Positions 36,508 through 47,505 of a DNA stretch of 64,000 nt are shown here, in pieces (the first letter of the stretch is position 1; the number at the start of each line of letters is the position of its first letter). Under the pieces are notes generated by a model. It searched no databases and was not told the origin of the DNA. It saw nothing but the letters and a program-made list of their open reading frames with translations. The position numbers were made by a program, and so were the translations under genes. Origin of the DNA: Amoebophrya sp. A120 (lineage: Eukaryota > Protista > Dinoflagellata); assembly GCA_905178155.1 (NCBI GenBank), contig CAJINV010000004.1, forward strand, positions 6,054,828 to 6,118,827. Direction: 5' to 3'.

Positions 36508-39234
36508 TTACGAGCCCAACTTCTTCTTCAGATATCAAAAGGAAAGATCCCCCCTCCCCATATCGAAACGAAGTTTCTGATGCTGAATTTGCGCACACAA
36601 ATCAGGTCTGTCTTGCTGGAGAGCACTGCAGGCATATGCCAAGCCTGGGTCGAGAGGTTTTGACATAGGGGACTAGCATGACAGACGTCGGCTCTGTAAG
36701 CCCAGCAGCATCACAAACCGCCGGCATAATGCGGCGGACTCTCTGGCTTTGCCTTCTGGCAAGACAGACAGGATTTGTGACCTCAAATCTGCATCACAAA
36801 TTTTCAGACGAATGCGTTTTCAATATGGGGAGGGGGGATTTTTCCTCTCAATATCAGAATCGACGCCCCCTTCGTTTTTTTCGCAACCGCATCGAAGCCC
36901 ATCAATTTGGCCGCTCCCGGAACGGGCGGCGGCGTCGTGTACAGCCGGGCTAACCTCCTCTCCTCCCGGGCAACCAGGGCCGCTTTCTCCTCAATCGCCG
37001 TAGACGGGCGTATCCGCGTTTTCCTGTTGTATAGTTGGCAGTTTAATTTTGATATTAGTAGACAGAACCAGAAGTATACTCTATTTTTTTTCACACCAGT
37101 GCAGCTTTATTCGGACCTACTATATTCCAGCAGCACCAGAGGGAGTTCCATCTGCTCTTCATGCAACAAGCCAGCGATAGAGAAGATGTACGACCTCGTG
37201 CTCGTCCAAAGAACTTCTATGGGACGAAGGTCTAAAAAAAAGCATCAACCACGTTTCAGCTGTAACAACAACATGATCGCATTTGTCAAATAGAAATATT
37301 GTAGATACGAGATGGTGATAGAGATCATCATCATACCTTATCACCGCCCGCTCTCCGTCCAGTGTCCAACTGACCGTGGGCAATGTAGTTGCGCGGTCGA
37401 CAGCTTTATCAAATGCAAATACGCTAATATCCAAGTCTGGAAGTAAGGAGAATCGAGGATCTCCTGTCATGCTAGGCTGACAAGACAAAAAAAACCTGTC
37501 ATGTTCTTGCATGTGGCGATGATACAGCAACATCATCAAACTTAGAAAACCTTTCTAGTTGTAGGAGCACTTCTCTGTCGACGCGAGTTACCGCGGAAAA
37601 GACCACTCAAGAACTCGTCCTGTATCATGTGTGTCTACTCCGCGGAGGCAGAGGCTGCTGAAGACCATGAAGATCCAGACACTCAATGATAGACATAGAT
37701 TTTTGACATGACAAGTTATTTCCAGAGGACCCAGATGGATTTACCGATATTTGCAATGCATAGACTTCCTTGAGCTCTAGTGGCGTCATGCTTTTATCCC
37801 CTGAAAATTAACCATCCCCATCCAGTTTGTCATGCAAAACATGTAGCAGTCTCTGTGTTTGTCATGCAAAAAGTGAATGGGGATGGTTAATTTTCAGGGG
37901 ATAGCTTTCCACCCGGTCGAAGAGCTGGTTTTGCCATCGCACCTCCTCTATGCACTGAAAAAGTATCGTACTAAACTAGTATAAATTGCATTACAAATTT
38001 GCTCAGCATTACAAATGGAATTTGTAATGCGGATTTGCCTTAGGAAAAAGATTTGTGATGCATAAAAGCAATTTCTACTAATACGATACTTTTGCACTTC
38101 ATATCCTCCTCGTGCTGTTTTTCCCGTCTCTTCTGCTCCTGCCGTAAAGCTCGCAAACTGACCAGCCCTGCGGGAGCGGAGCCCGGTCGGGACATCGTGG
38201 TTTTGGGTCTATCGTCGTCCTCCTTAGGTTTTTTCTCCTTCGTGTCCTTCTCTTCTTTGACTATAGTGGGCAAATGAGTGATCTTAGCGACTGCTGTTAC
38301 CCCGAAGAAAATAAGTCACAAGCTGTCATGCGGATTTGCTATCTCCCTCTGTTTTGTTATGCAAATAAAAAGCACACCAAAAGTCACTCATTTCTTTGCG
38401 GTCTGGAATGATTTTTGGCGCATCTCGCTTAAGTAGACGCTTTGCTTTTGCACCACGACGAGAAATAAAGCTCTACAGGCGAATCCGCATGACGGACTGC
38501 CTTTTTATTTTATTATTCCTTAGGACTACTAGCAGCAATCGGGAGGTACTTAGATCACTGAGATGTTCTTCTCCATAGTGACGAGTGTCGTGAAAAACTT
38601 CGGGTTATGCAGCGGAAAAGCATCGTACTCGTATAAATGCATTACAAATTTCCTCAGGAGCATGAGAAATGCAATTTGTAATGCTGATTTACCTTAGGGA
38701 AAAGATTTGTAATGCATGATTGCAATACGAGTACGATACTTTTGCACAGGATACGGGTTCTGCGGCAACTGCCCGATCCCGTGCGGTGGCGGCTCGAACC
38801 CCTATCGAATGCAAATATGTCTACTGGGTCTGGAAGAGTGCAAACTTCTCATGCATATTCTCCATGCCGGGTGAGGTTTGGAATGCAGGTCCTAGCACGA
38901 CAGGTTCTGCGACGTCGCTATTATGCCTGTCCTGCATGACAAGCTGCCACGAAACTTGTTCAACGGTGAACAGCTTATTTTGGTAGTCATGCAACACAAC
39001 TTTTTGTACGATCCAGACTTAGCATGACAAGTTCGCGTCCTCCCAGACCTAGACATATTTGTACTGGATAACCCCATGCTCATCGCTAACCTCCTCTCCC
39101 GCCACTTCAACTGCTGCCACAGCATGCTGTTTCCGGTGGGCAGTTTGTACCGGCCAGAAATTCGGTACTGCCCCCGCTCCTCCTGGAGATCGGTATCCCT
39201 CGAAAAAAGAACCATGCCGCCCATCCATTTTTTG

Positions 39235-39267
<33 letters not shown>

Positions 39268-42200
39268 GTCCGTGCAGGACAAACACGGGACTTTAGTTTA
39301 TTTTTATACATGTTTTGCATGACAAATTGGCATTGGGTGGGGACGGGTCTTTTTTCCTGAATAATCGGAGAAGGACTTGACCACCTGCTGCTTCTCCAGC
39401 CAGGCGATCTCCTATCAAAATGAAAAATCCCCCCTCCCCATAGATACTGGAGCGGAGATTTGTGTAGCGTGATTTGTGACCACGTATCATGGTGTCATGT
39501 TGCTAGAATGCAAAAGAAGCAGACTGTAGTGCTGGGCGGCGTAGGAAGGCCTTGCAACTTCAGCATGACAGGAGGCAACTGGAAATGGGAAGCAGCATGA
39601 CAAATCGGCTGCAATTAAGGCCGCAGCGGCGTCTCTAGGCCTTCTAACAATACAAGTCGATTTGTGTACTCAAATACAGCATCACATATTTCGGTTTCGA
39701 TATGGGGAGGGGGGATTTTTCCTTTTGATATCTCCGTCTCGAAGTTCAAGCTGCCGCCGTTGTCCGTATCGAGCCACTCGAACAGCGTGATCGGGTCGCA
39801 AAGCTTTGCCTGCTCCGTGTACCCCAGGTGCGAGCAGCCGGTCAGGAATTCCTGTCTCGTGATATTTTTCACGTTGGATCCAAACACCGACTTGAACCCG
39901 GTCGACGCCCTTTCGTCGTCCGTGACGTACCGCAGATAGCCGAACCACTCCTCGAAAGCCTCGAAAATATCGGGCGCGAACTCTTGGAAGCTGACCATGC
40001 CCGTGTTATCCTCGTCGATGTACCGGAACAGCTCCTTCAACCTGCCCCGGAAGCCCATGTCCAGACACGCTTTCGCAAATTCCGTGTAGGAGACTCGGCC
40101 GGACTTGTCTTTGTCCAAAAATTGCCACGCACGGACCATGTTCCCGAACCTGGCTAGTAAGGCCGCTTTAAAGTCGTTGTACAGCTTCACCACCTCGGCC
40201 TGCTGCTCCATCGCGCGCTGCCTTTTCCTTCGGGCGATCTCCAAAGTGGTTTGCCCCTTGGCGTGGATCAAATTTTGCGCGGACTTCAACTTCTGGTATC
40301 AACTGTAAAAGTGTCTGGGTCTGGAAGAATTCATTTTTGTCATGCTTGTCTGGCATGACTCTTAAATCTGTCATGCACGTTACCCAAGAGCTCCGTTTTT
40401 CTGTGATGCAGAAAAGCAGTTTGTCATGCAGAATAGGCAACACCTAGGAACTCAGAGACTTGTCATGCTGAGCCAGCATTTGTAGCCTCACCATGAGACG
40501 CCACCCAGCATCACAAGTTTCCAGACCCAGACATTTTTACATTTGATATCTGGTCTCCCGCGGCTGCCGCCTTGGCGAGCTGCTCCTGTCGCAGCTGCTC
40601 GTCGGTTTTGTTGTAGTGGTACAAATATCCTGTGCAGAAGTATCGTACTCGTATTGCAATTCATGCATGGCAAATCTTTTTCTTGAGGTGAAGCAGCATT
40701 ACAAATTTCATTTCTCATGCTGGGGAAATTTGTAATGCATTTGTACGACTACGAGTGCGATACCTTTGCAGTTCATAACAAATCCAGCATGTGGAACTTC
40801 TCCCGGGTCATGAAATTGATCTTGTCGTAGTCCTATCAAATGCAAAGTGTCTGGGTCTGGAAGGTTGGAACATCAACTTGTGATGCTAACTTTGGACTCC
40901 AAAAAAAATTGTATTGCGTGACCAGCAAGAGGAGTCTAGTTTGTGCTACGCGGGGAGGGCGTTTGTCATGCGTAGTAGGCTTCAGGAAGCCCTCTAAAAA
41001 AAATCAGTGATGCTAGGTCGTGCATTACAGACATCCTGATCCTGGGTCATGCAAAATATGCATGACAAGTCTCAGAATCTTCCAGACCCAGATATTTTTG
41101 CATTTGATAAGTCCAGAATCTTGAAGACCCGGGAGGCCAGCAACTCCGAGATTCCCTATGGCGTTCTTAAACGTCACACCCTCAACTGTTCCAGAATTTG
41201 TCATGCAAAACTCTCAGCAGCATCTAAACCATCTAGCTGCTTCACATAACAAATTTACGAAGGGCTAAACAGGATCTAAATCTGTGCCAAACCTGTATTG
41301 CAAGAGGCGCAATGTTCCCCCTTTCACTCTTGCTATTTTTGCATCACAACTTCATGTAACAGTTGAGAACGTAACGTTTGAGAACTCCATATTCCCGGAA
41401 AGGCGGTTGCGAGTCTGACGAAGGTTTTCTCATCTAACCGCCCGTACGACTGATCCTTCACGAAATACAGCTTCCACGCCTTGAAGACATCCGGGTATTT
41501 CTGGGGTTGTTTGGATGGAGATGTTGTTGTAGTTTCTTCTTGCTGTTGCTGTTTCTTTATCAAATGTAAAAATGTCTGGGTCTGGAAGAACGCAAGTTTG
41601 TTATGCTTGTCTGGCATGACTCTTAAATCTGTCATGCACGTTACCCAAGAGCTCCGCTTTTCTGTGATGCAGAAGCGCAGTTTGTCATGCAGAGTAGGCA
41701 ACACCTAGGAGCTCAGAAACTTGTCATGCTGAGCCAGCATTTGTAGCCTCATCATGAGACGCCACCCAGCATCACAAGTTTCCAGACCCAGACATTTTTA
41801 CTTTTGATATTCTTCCCCGTGAAAAACATGCCGCCGGGTGCGGTAGCGGGTCTGGCATTGGCGAATTGGTTCGGAAAACGTGACTCCTCTTTCTGCGTTA
41901 TGACAGTGCACAACTCCCCCTCCCCCTCATTTGTATTGCATGAGCAGCAATACAAACGCCAGCGACCTTGGAGCGTGTGCATGACAAATTTCTGTACCTG
42001 CTGTAGTACTGTTTGGGCTTTCGGACTTTGTCATGCAAACAGTGCCACAGAGCAACGACTGGATTTGGGATTTTGCATGACAAATAAGGGGGAGGGGGGG
42101 TTCGTTGTGCACTGTCATATGCGTTTCTTGATTACCATCAACACCAGTAGCTGCGTTGTTATCCGGGATCCCGACAATCGCGCTGGTGAAGGCGGTGAGA

Positions 42201-45200
42201 ACTTTCGAGTCGTATGACAGTGCACAGCTCGTCCCCCTCGTCCCGCTCACTTGAAGGGCGTAAGACCAACACAAGTGCTGGGATAAATGCGGCTTTTGCA
42301 TGACAAATTTGCGACCGATTGTTCATCTAGCGGTGTTTTGGCTTCTGGAACGTGCTGTCATGGAAGCAGTGCTAAAGGGAAGACAGAAAATGGATTATGG
42401 AAATTTGCATGACATCAAACGAGGGGGAGCTGCAGAGGGAAGTCGGAGTTGTGCACTGTGATAAGTCGCCGTCTGGATCCAGGAAGTCGATCGTGATAAA
42501 CCCGGTCCGGTCCTGGTCGAACTGCACCCACAGCTGCCGTAGGTTCAAAAAGTACCCGACCTCCCGACACCCGCGCGTGAATTCCCGGAAGCTGATTATG
42601 GCGTTCTCAACTGTTACATTCTCAACTGTTACATGAAATTGTGATGCAAGAAAGGGGAAAGTGAAAGGGGGAAGTAGGTTACACCTGTAGCATTACAAAT
42701 TCCGGACAGATCTAGGTGCGGTTTAGCCCTTCGCAAATTTGTCATGCGAAGCAGCTTAATCGTGAGGGTGATGATGGTGCTTTTGCATGACAAATTCATG
42801 TAACAGTTGAGAATGTAACGTTTGAGAACCCCATACTGATCCGCCCAGAGTTGTCCTTGTCGAAATGGTATGAATTGCAAAAGTATCGCTGTACTCGTAC
42901 AAATGCATTAATTTCCCCAGCATGAGAAATAAAATTTGTAATGCTGATTTTCCTTGAGAAAATGATTTGCAATGCATGATTGCAATACGAATGCGACACT
43001 TTTGCACAGGATAAGTGCATCCACGCGACGATAATGGACCCGAATTTCTTGCGGAGAAAGTTCCGGAAAGCGCCGAGGGGGCTAAACTTTTTCGACTGCT
43101 GGAGCAGCAAGTTCTTCTCCTGCCTCTCCCGTACGTGCTTGATCAGGTCCAGTTGCTCCTGCTTCTTCATTTCCACCCGCATCTCCAGCGTGACTTGACC
43201 CTGGCCCATGCGAAGCTCCTTCTGGACGCGGGGGTCCACGTCGGCGAGGACGATGCCTTCCTCCTTCTTCACGTTCAGATACTGATACAGCTGCCGGGCA
43301 CGGCCCTCACCGTACCTAGAGGTGCGTTTGATTTTAATTCTTCAAGGTCCTCGTGCGAGATGGACAATGAAGTTCAAAAACAAAATTAACCTTCAAAACG
43401 AAACCACACAAAATGACGCGGAGAGAAAATAGTAGAACTGCACACACGCACAAGACACACAAATTCAATGAAATTACCACGCCGCAAAACTTCTATCTAC
43501 TACCTCTACAACGCACACATAAATGCGCCGAACTTGATTCAAAGTAGCACATCACTTTGAGCGGTAGACAGCAACGGTAGTTGGAAACAAACGCATAGCC
43601 GATGAACTCTATCAAGTGCAAAAATGTCTGGGTCTGGAAGAATGCATGTTTGTCTTGCTTGTCTGGCATGTTGACTCTTAAATCTGTCATGCACGTTACC
43701 CAAGACCTCCATTCTTCTGTGATGCAGAAACGCAGTGTATCATGCAGAATAGGCAACACCTAGAAGCTCAGAAGATTGTCATGCTGAGCCAGCATTTGTG
43801 GCCTTATCATGAGACGCCACCCAGCATCACAAGTTTCCAGAGCCAAACATTTTTACATTTGATAAACTCACAATATCAAGAACATAATGTAAGAAGTACT
43901 TCAGTTTCTTCACCAGCCCGTCCACAAACTCCTTCTCGACTATGGCGCTCTCAAATGTTACAACATTCTCAACTGTTCGATGATTTGTCATGCAGGACTA
44001 CAATCAGAATTGACACGACCAAGCTGCTTCGCATGACAAATTTTGGAAGAGCCAAACAGGCTGTGAATCTGCGCCAAAACTGTCACGCAAGACGCGCAAG
44101 GTCACCCCTTTGGCTTTTGCCATTCTTGCGTCACAAATTCATGTAACAGTTGAAAATGTAACATTTGAGAAGAACGCCATATCGACTATGCGACCGTTAT
44201 TGTCCGCATCCAAGCTGCGGAAGAAGCGCTGCAGGTCCCCGAACTCGTCTTCGGCCTTTTCCCGGAATTCCGTCAGCATAGCGCTGCCCTTCGGCTCGAA
44301 GGTGTCAAACGTTATTCGCCCGTTCTGGTCCAGATCCAGCTTCTTCCACAGCGTAAACAGGGCCCCGGGATGCCTATCCTGCGCAAAAGTATCGCACTCG
44401 TAGCAATTGCGTTTATGCATTACAAATCTCTTTCTCAAGGTAAATCAGCATGACAAATCTAATTTGTAATGCTGGGCTAATTTGTAATGCAATTTATGCT
44501 AGTACGATGCTTTTGCATTGCATAGTACCCGATGCGCCGCAAGTGCTCGGAAAACTCCGACTGTATCCTGTGCAAAAGTATCGTATTCGTATAAATGCTA
44601 ATGCAAGTCTTGCATTACAAATCTTGTTTCCAAGTCAAATCTGCATTACAAATTCCATTTTTCATGCGGAGGGAATTTGTCATGCGATTTATACTAGTAC
44701 GATACTTTTGCAATTCATAGACTGGGAGAGGGCACCGTTGCCGTCCTTGTCTATGGTGTACCTAATTTTCAATGCAAGCCATTGTAGATGACAGAGAGCG
44801 TCCGACGTCGAGTGCGACCCACAAACAACTCAAACATCGGTTTCGGTGGAGTTCAGTTGTACAAAAAAATACGTAAAAAACTAAAACCTCGTAGAAAAAA
44901 AAAAAAATCTTCTAGGAATATTAACTCTTTATTAAAATAAACAGACAACCTGTACTAGTACCATGCCCGCACCATATTTCCGTGTCTCTTCTTCAAGAAC
45001 GTGCGTAAATTTTGTACGGCCGGATCGTCGTGAATCGCAGCTATCGCTCTCCTCCGCTTTTCTTGGTCCTCCGCGGAGATTTGTTTTTGATGCTTCGTTC
45101 CTTTCTTCCCCGCGGCCCTTTCGTTCTGTTTTTTCAACTCCAGTGCCGCCTTCCTCGACTCCTCCTCCTTTGCCTTCTGCAGCGCCGCCTCTTCGTATGA

Positions 45201-46483
45201 CAGTGCACAACTCCCCCTCCCCCTCATTTGTCATGCAAAACCCCAAATCCACGCGCTTCGCTTCCCGTTCCCTGTGGCACTGTTTGCATGACAGATTCCG
45301 GAAGCCCCAACAGTACTAAAATAGGCGCATGAATTTGTCATGCATAGGCTCTCTGTATGGTGGTGTTTTTATTGCCGTTTATCTTTATGCTATACAAATG
45401 AGGGGGTGGGGGAGGGGGACTTCTGCACTGTCATACTTCGTCCGCACGGATGGTCGCGGACAAGCGGCGCAGCGTCGTCTCGTCGGCGACCTCGATGGGC
45501 ACGTCGATTGGCGCGTCGGAGATGGACACCACGGTCTTTAAGTTTTCCACGCCCGTGCCCTCGAATGCCGTTTGCTGCCGCTGCAACCGTCGTCGCTCCT
45601 CGGCCTTCTGCTTTTGCTCCTGCTCCATGCGCTCTAATTCGCTCCCCGACGGGATCAGCAGGTCTTCGTCACCGTCATCCAGCATCTCTTGATGGTCGGG
45701 GCCAGTTGGCGGTTGTGCTGGTCCGTCTGTCGGCTGTCCTGGCACTGTCTCGAGACCAGTACTGTTGTCCGCAGTGCTACCCTTCCTGGCGAGTGAAGCT
45801 CCTTTCCTGTTTGTCGCTGCAGGAGGTCCTCCGCTGGAAGTAGAAGACGATGCTGGTTTATCTGCTTCTCCTGTTTCGTCTCCTTTCATCATCGGGTCCG
45901 CTGGTGCTTGCGATAGTGATACGAGATCCGGCTCCTCCGCCGGCGCCGCGAGCACGCTACCATAGGTGTCGTCTTCCATGATATTTCCAGCACCTTGGAA
46001 TGTTGATCCAGTTCCGTCGTCTATCCTGACAGTCTTCGTCCTGTTTATCCCAGCTGCAGCACTCGGTGCAGCTGCGCTGCTGCTACTTGCGCTTGCCCCC
46101 GAAGGAGAAGTTCTTTCAGACGAGGCAATTGGTGCGGCCGAAGCGTGCACGCCAGAGCTGGCGATTGGGGCGGGAGGAGGTGGTGCGGGAACTAGTAGGT
46201 TATCGTTATTCATATCGGCAGTAGAAGTTGTAGCTGCGGAGGACGCACCAGCTGCAGCTGCTGCCCCCACTGCCGGTGGTGGTGGTGCGTCAAAAATGTC
46301 CAACTTGGTCCCGACCCGGTCGAGCATGCCCTTGGTCTTACTACCCGCGGCCCCGCCGTTCTGCGACATGAAGGGCGAGGCGAACATCTCGTACTCCGGG
46401 CCGGACTCTGATTTCTCCGCATCTTGTTGTTCCGCAACGGCAGGTTCCGCGTCTTGGTCCACATCCTTTGCGTCGGCCGACAT
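36508..46483 (-). CDS. Multi-EF-hand protein interrupted by 22 exonic introners and 3 GT-AG introns
   Basis: Continuous frame traced from the ATG at 46483 to the TAA at 36508. EF loops: DKDGNGALSQSE, DLDQNGRITFDT, DADNNGRIVEKE, DKDNSGRISFRE, DQDRTGFIT, DKDKSGRVSYTE, DEDNTGMVSFQE, DTDNGGSLNF. GT-AG introns at 44762-44961, 43316-43899 and 37024-37336. Confidence 0.88.
36533..36853. mobile_element. Introner family G
   Basis: Family G TIR; DR tcaga. Confidence 0.93.
37407..37762. mobile_element. Introner family A (degenerate)
   Basis: tatcaaatgcaaata / tatttgcaatgcata; DR agctt/gactt; frame restored. Confidence 0.78.
37795..37903. mobile_element. Minimal 109-bp introner (family L)
   Basis: 27-bp perfect TIR tatcccctgaaaattaaccatccccat; DR gcttt; two internal tttgtcatgcaaaa motifs. 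Confidence 0.94.
37949..38103. mobile_element. Introner family C
   Basis: Family C TIR; DR tcctc. Confidence 0.92.
38262..38577. mobile_element. Introner, degenerate singleton
   Basis: tata...cata ends sharing inverted agtgatct; DR ttgac/gtgac; frame restored. Confidence 0.72.
38606..38753. mobile_element. Introner family C
   Basis: Family C TIR; DR cgggt. Confidence 0.92.
38803..39070. mobile_element. Introner family A
   Basis: Family A TIR; DR acccc. Confidence 0.9.
39194..39363. mobile_element. Introner, singleton with internal (CAT)n
   Basis: tatccctcgaaaaaagaacc / gggtcttttttcctgaata; DR atcgg; frame restored. Confidence 0.85.
39413..39730. mobile_element. Introner family G
   Basis: Family G TIR; DR tctcc. 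Confidence 0.93.
40297..40548. mobile_element. Introner family A (subfamily shared with 41558 and 43610)
   Basis: Family A TIR; DR tctgg. Confidence 0.94.
40626..40777. mobile_element. Introner family C
   Basis: Family C TIR; DR acaaa. Confidence 0.92.
40834..41109. mobile_element. Introner family A
   Basis: Family A TIR; DR agtcc. Confidence 0.93.
41157..41391. mobile_element. Introner family E
   Basis: Family E TIR; DR ttccc. Confidence 0.92.
41558..41809. mobile_element. Introner family A
   Basis: Family A TIR; DR ttctt; near-identical to the 40297 copy. Confidence 0.94.
41899..42119. mobile_element. Introner family B
   Basis: TIR tatgacagtgcacaac; DR tgcgt. Confidence 0.94.
42213..42463. 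mobile_element. Introner family B
   Basis: tatgacagtgcaca / tgtgcactgtgata; DR agtcg. Confidence 0.9.
42597..42835. mobile_element. Introner family E
   Basis: Family E TIR; DR ctgat; splits EF loop GRIS/FREF. Confidence 0.94.
42869..43013. mobile_element. Introner family C
   Basis: Family C TIR; DR aatgg/agtgc (3/5); frame restored. Confidence 0.87.
43610..43864. mobile_element. Introner family A nested in GT-AG intron 43316-43899
   Basis: Family A TIR; DR aactc; flanks are non-coding intron sequence. Confidence 0.9.
43941..44181. mobile_element. Introner family E
   Basis: Family E TIR; DR tcgac. Confidence 0.92.
44375..44524. mobile_element. Introner family C
   Basis: Family C TIR; DR atgcc/gtacc (3/5); removal gives RRIGYPGAL. 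Confidence 0.87.
44564..44719. mobile_element. Introner family C
   Basis: Family C TIR; DR gactg. Confidence 0.93.
45196..45435. mobile_element. Introner family B (internal orientation opposite to the 7860 and 41899 copies)
   Basis: Family B TIR; DR cttcg. Confidence 0.93.
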
Positions 46484-47505
46484 CGGGCACAGGAGGAGGA
46501 GATAGAAACCGGGGAAGGGGAAGGGCTAGTAGTACACTTAGCACGCGAGTTTGTGGTTGTGATTTTTACCTTCCCGGGCGGCGTGACGTCTGATGAACGC
46601 CGTCGAGGTCCACCTTTCAAGCTCGAGCAACAGCACAGCAAGGCACTTCCAAAAGCGTGAAGATCAAAACTAAGTGAGTATCAGTATCTTTCAACGGGAT
46701 ACAAGGGGAATAGTTCTCAATGATAAACAAGACCTGACGTACGCTCTTCAAAAAAACTATAGCTGGGCCGATATCGGCGCACAGCAGATCCGGATGCAGA
46801 TCTATTTTGCCTGTCGATTTTTGCTGGTCGACTTTTGTTGCGCCAGAATATTATTGCTTTTGCTTCACCATCTCAATTCTACTATAATCGTCTGCCACAC
46901 GTCGCGTGGATATTCGTCAAACGAACTGAGACCTCTAACCCGGATTGATACAATACCATCACCACCTTCTCCGAGAACGCTACGATAAGTAGTGCTCGTC
47001 ATCACGACACAAAAAAGACGATCCTTGTCATCACGATCCTGACCCGCCCCCGGCTACAATTACGAAAGCAAGACGAGCAACATTCAGCTAGAAAAACACT
47101 TTATTTCCCACGACCCGCCGCTTCGCGATTTCTTCTTCCCCAGAGCTGTCACAGTTTCGCTTTTGTTTCGAAACACACGATAAAACATCTTCGAGGAACT
47201 TACAACTGGCAAGAACCGACCGACACCGAGAACGAGTGGCCTTTACTTTCAAAGAAGAAGAGGTGCGCTCATTACTTTTCTCGCTGTGGCTCAGTGGCTC
47301 CTTGTGGTTGGGCCCTTTGCCTTTATTCCATCCGTTCTGATTCTTTTTCTATTCATTTCGAATTCTTCAGACTACTTGCAAAGCACGGTTGTTGTACGCG
47401 GTTTATTCATCGACGCGAAACCAGTCGATGAAACAATTCTGCAGTTTCCGTTCATTATGAAACGCAAAATGTATCTTAACTCCTTCTATTATCATCAAAA
47501 TTCGT

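Noticed and set aside
39049-39360. Poly-His, poly-Met or poly-Ile ORFs
   Set aside because: They come from a (CAT)n microsatellite inside element 39194-39363
36533-45435. CRISPR-like repeat-spacer array
   Set aside because: The repeats are inverted pairs of several families at irregular spacing, the spacers are exons, and there are no cas genes
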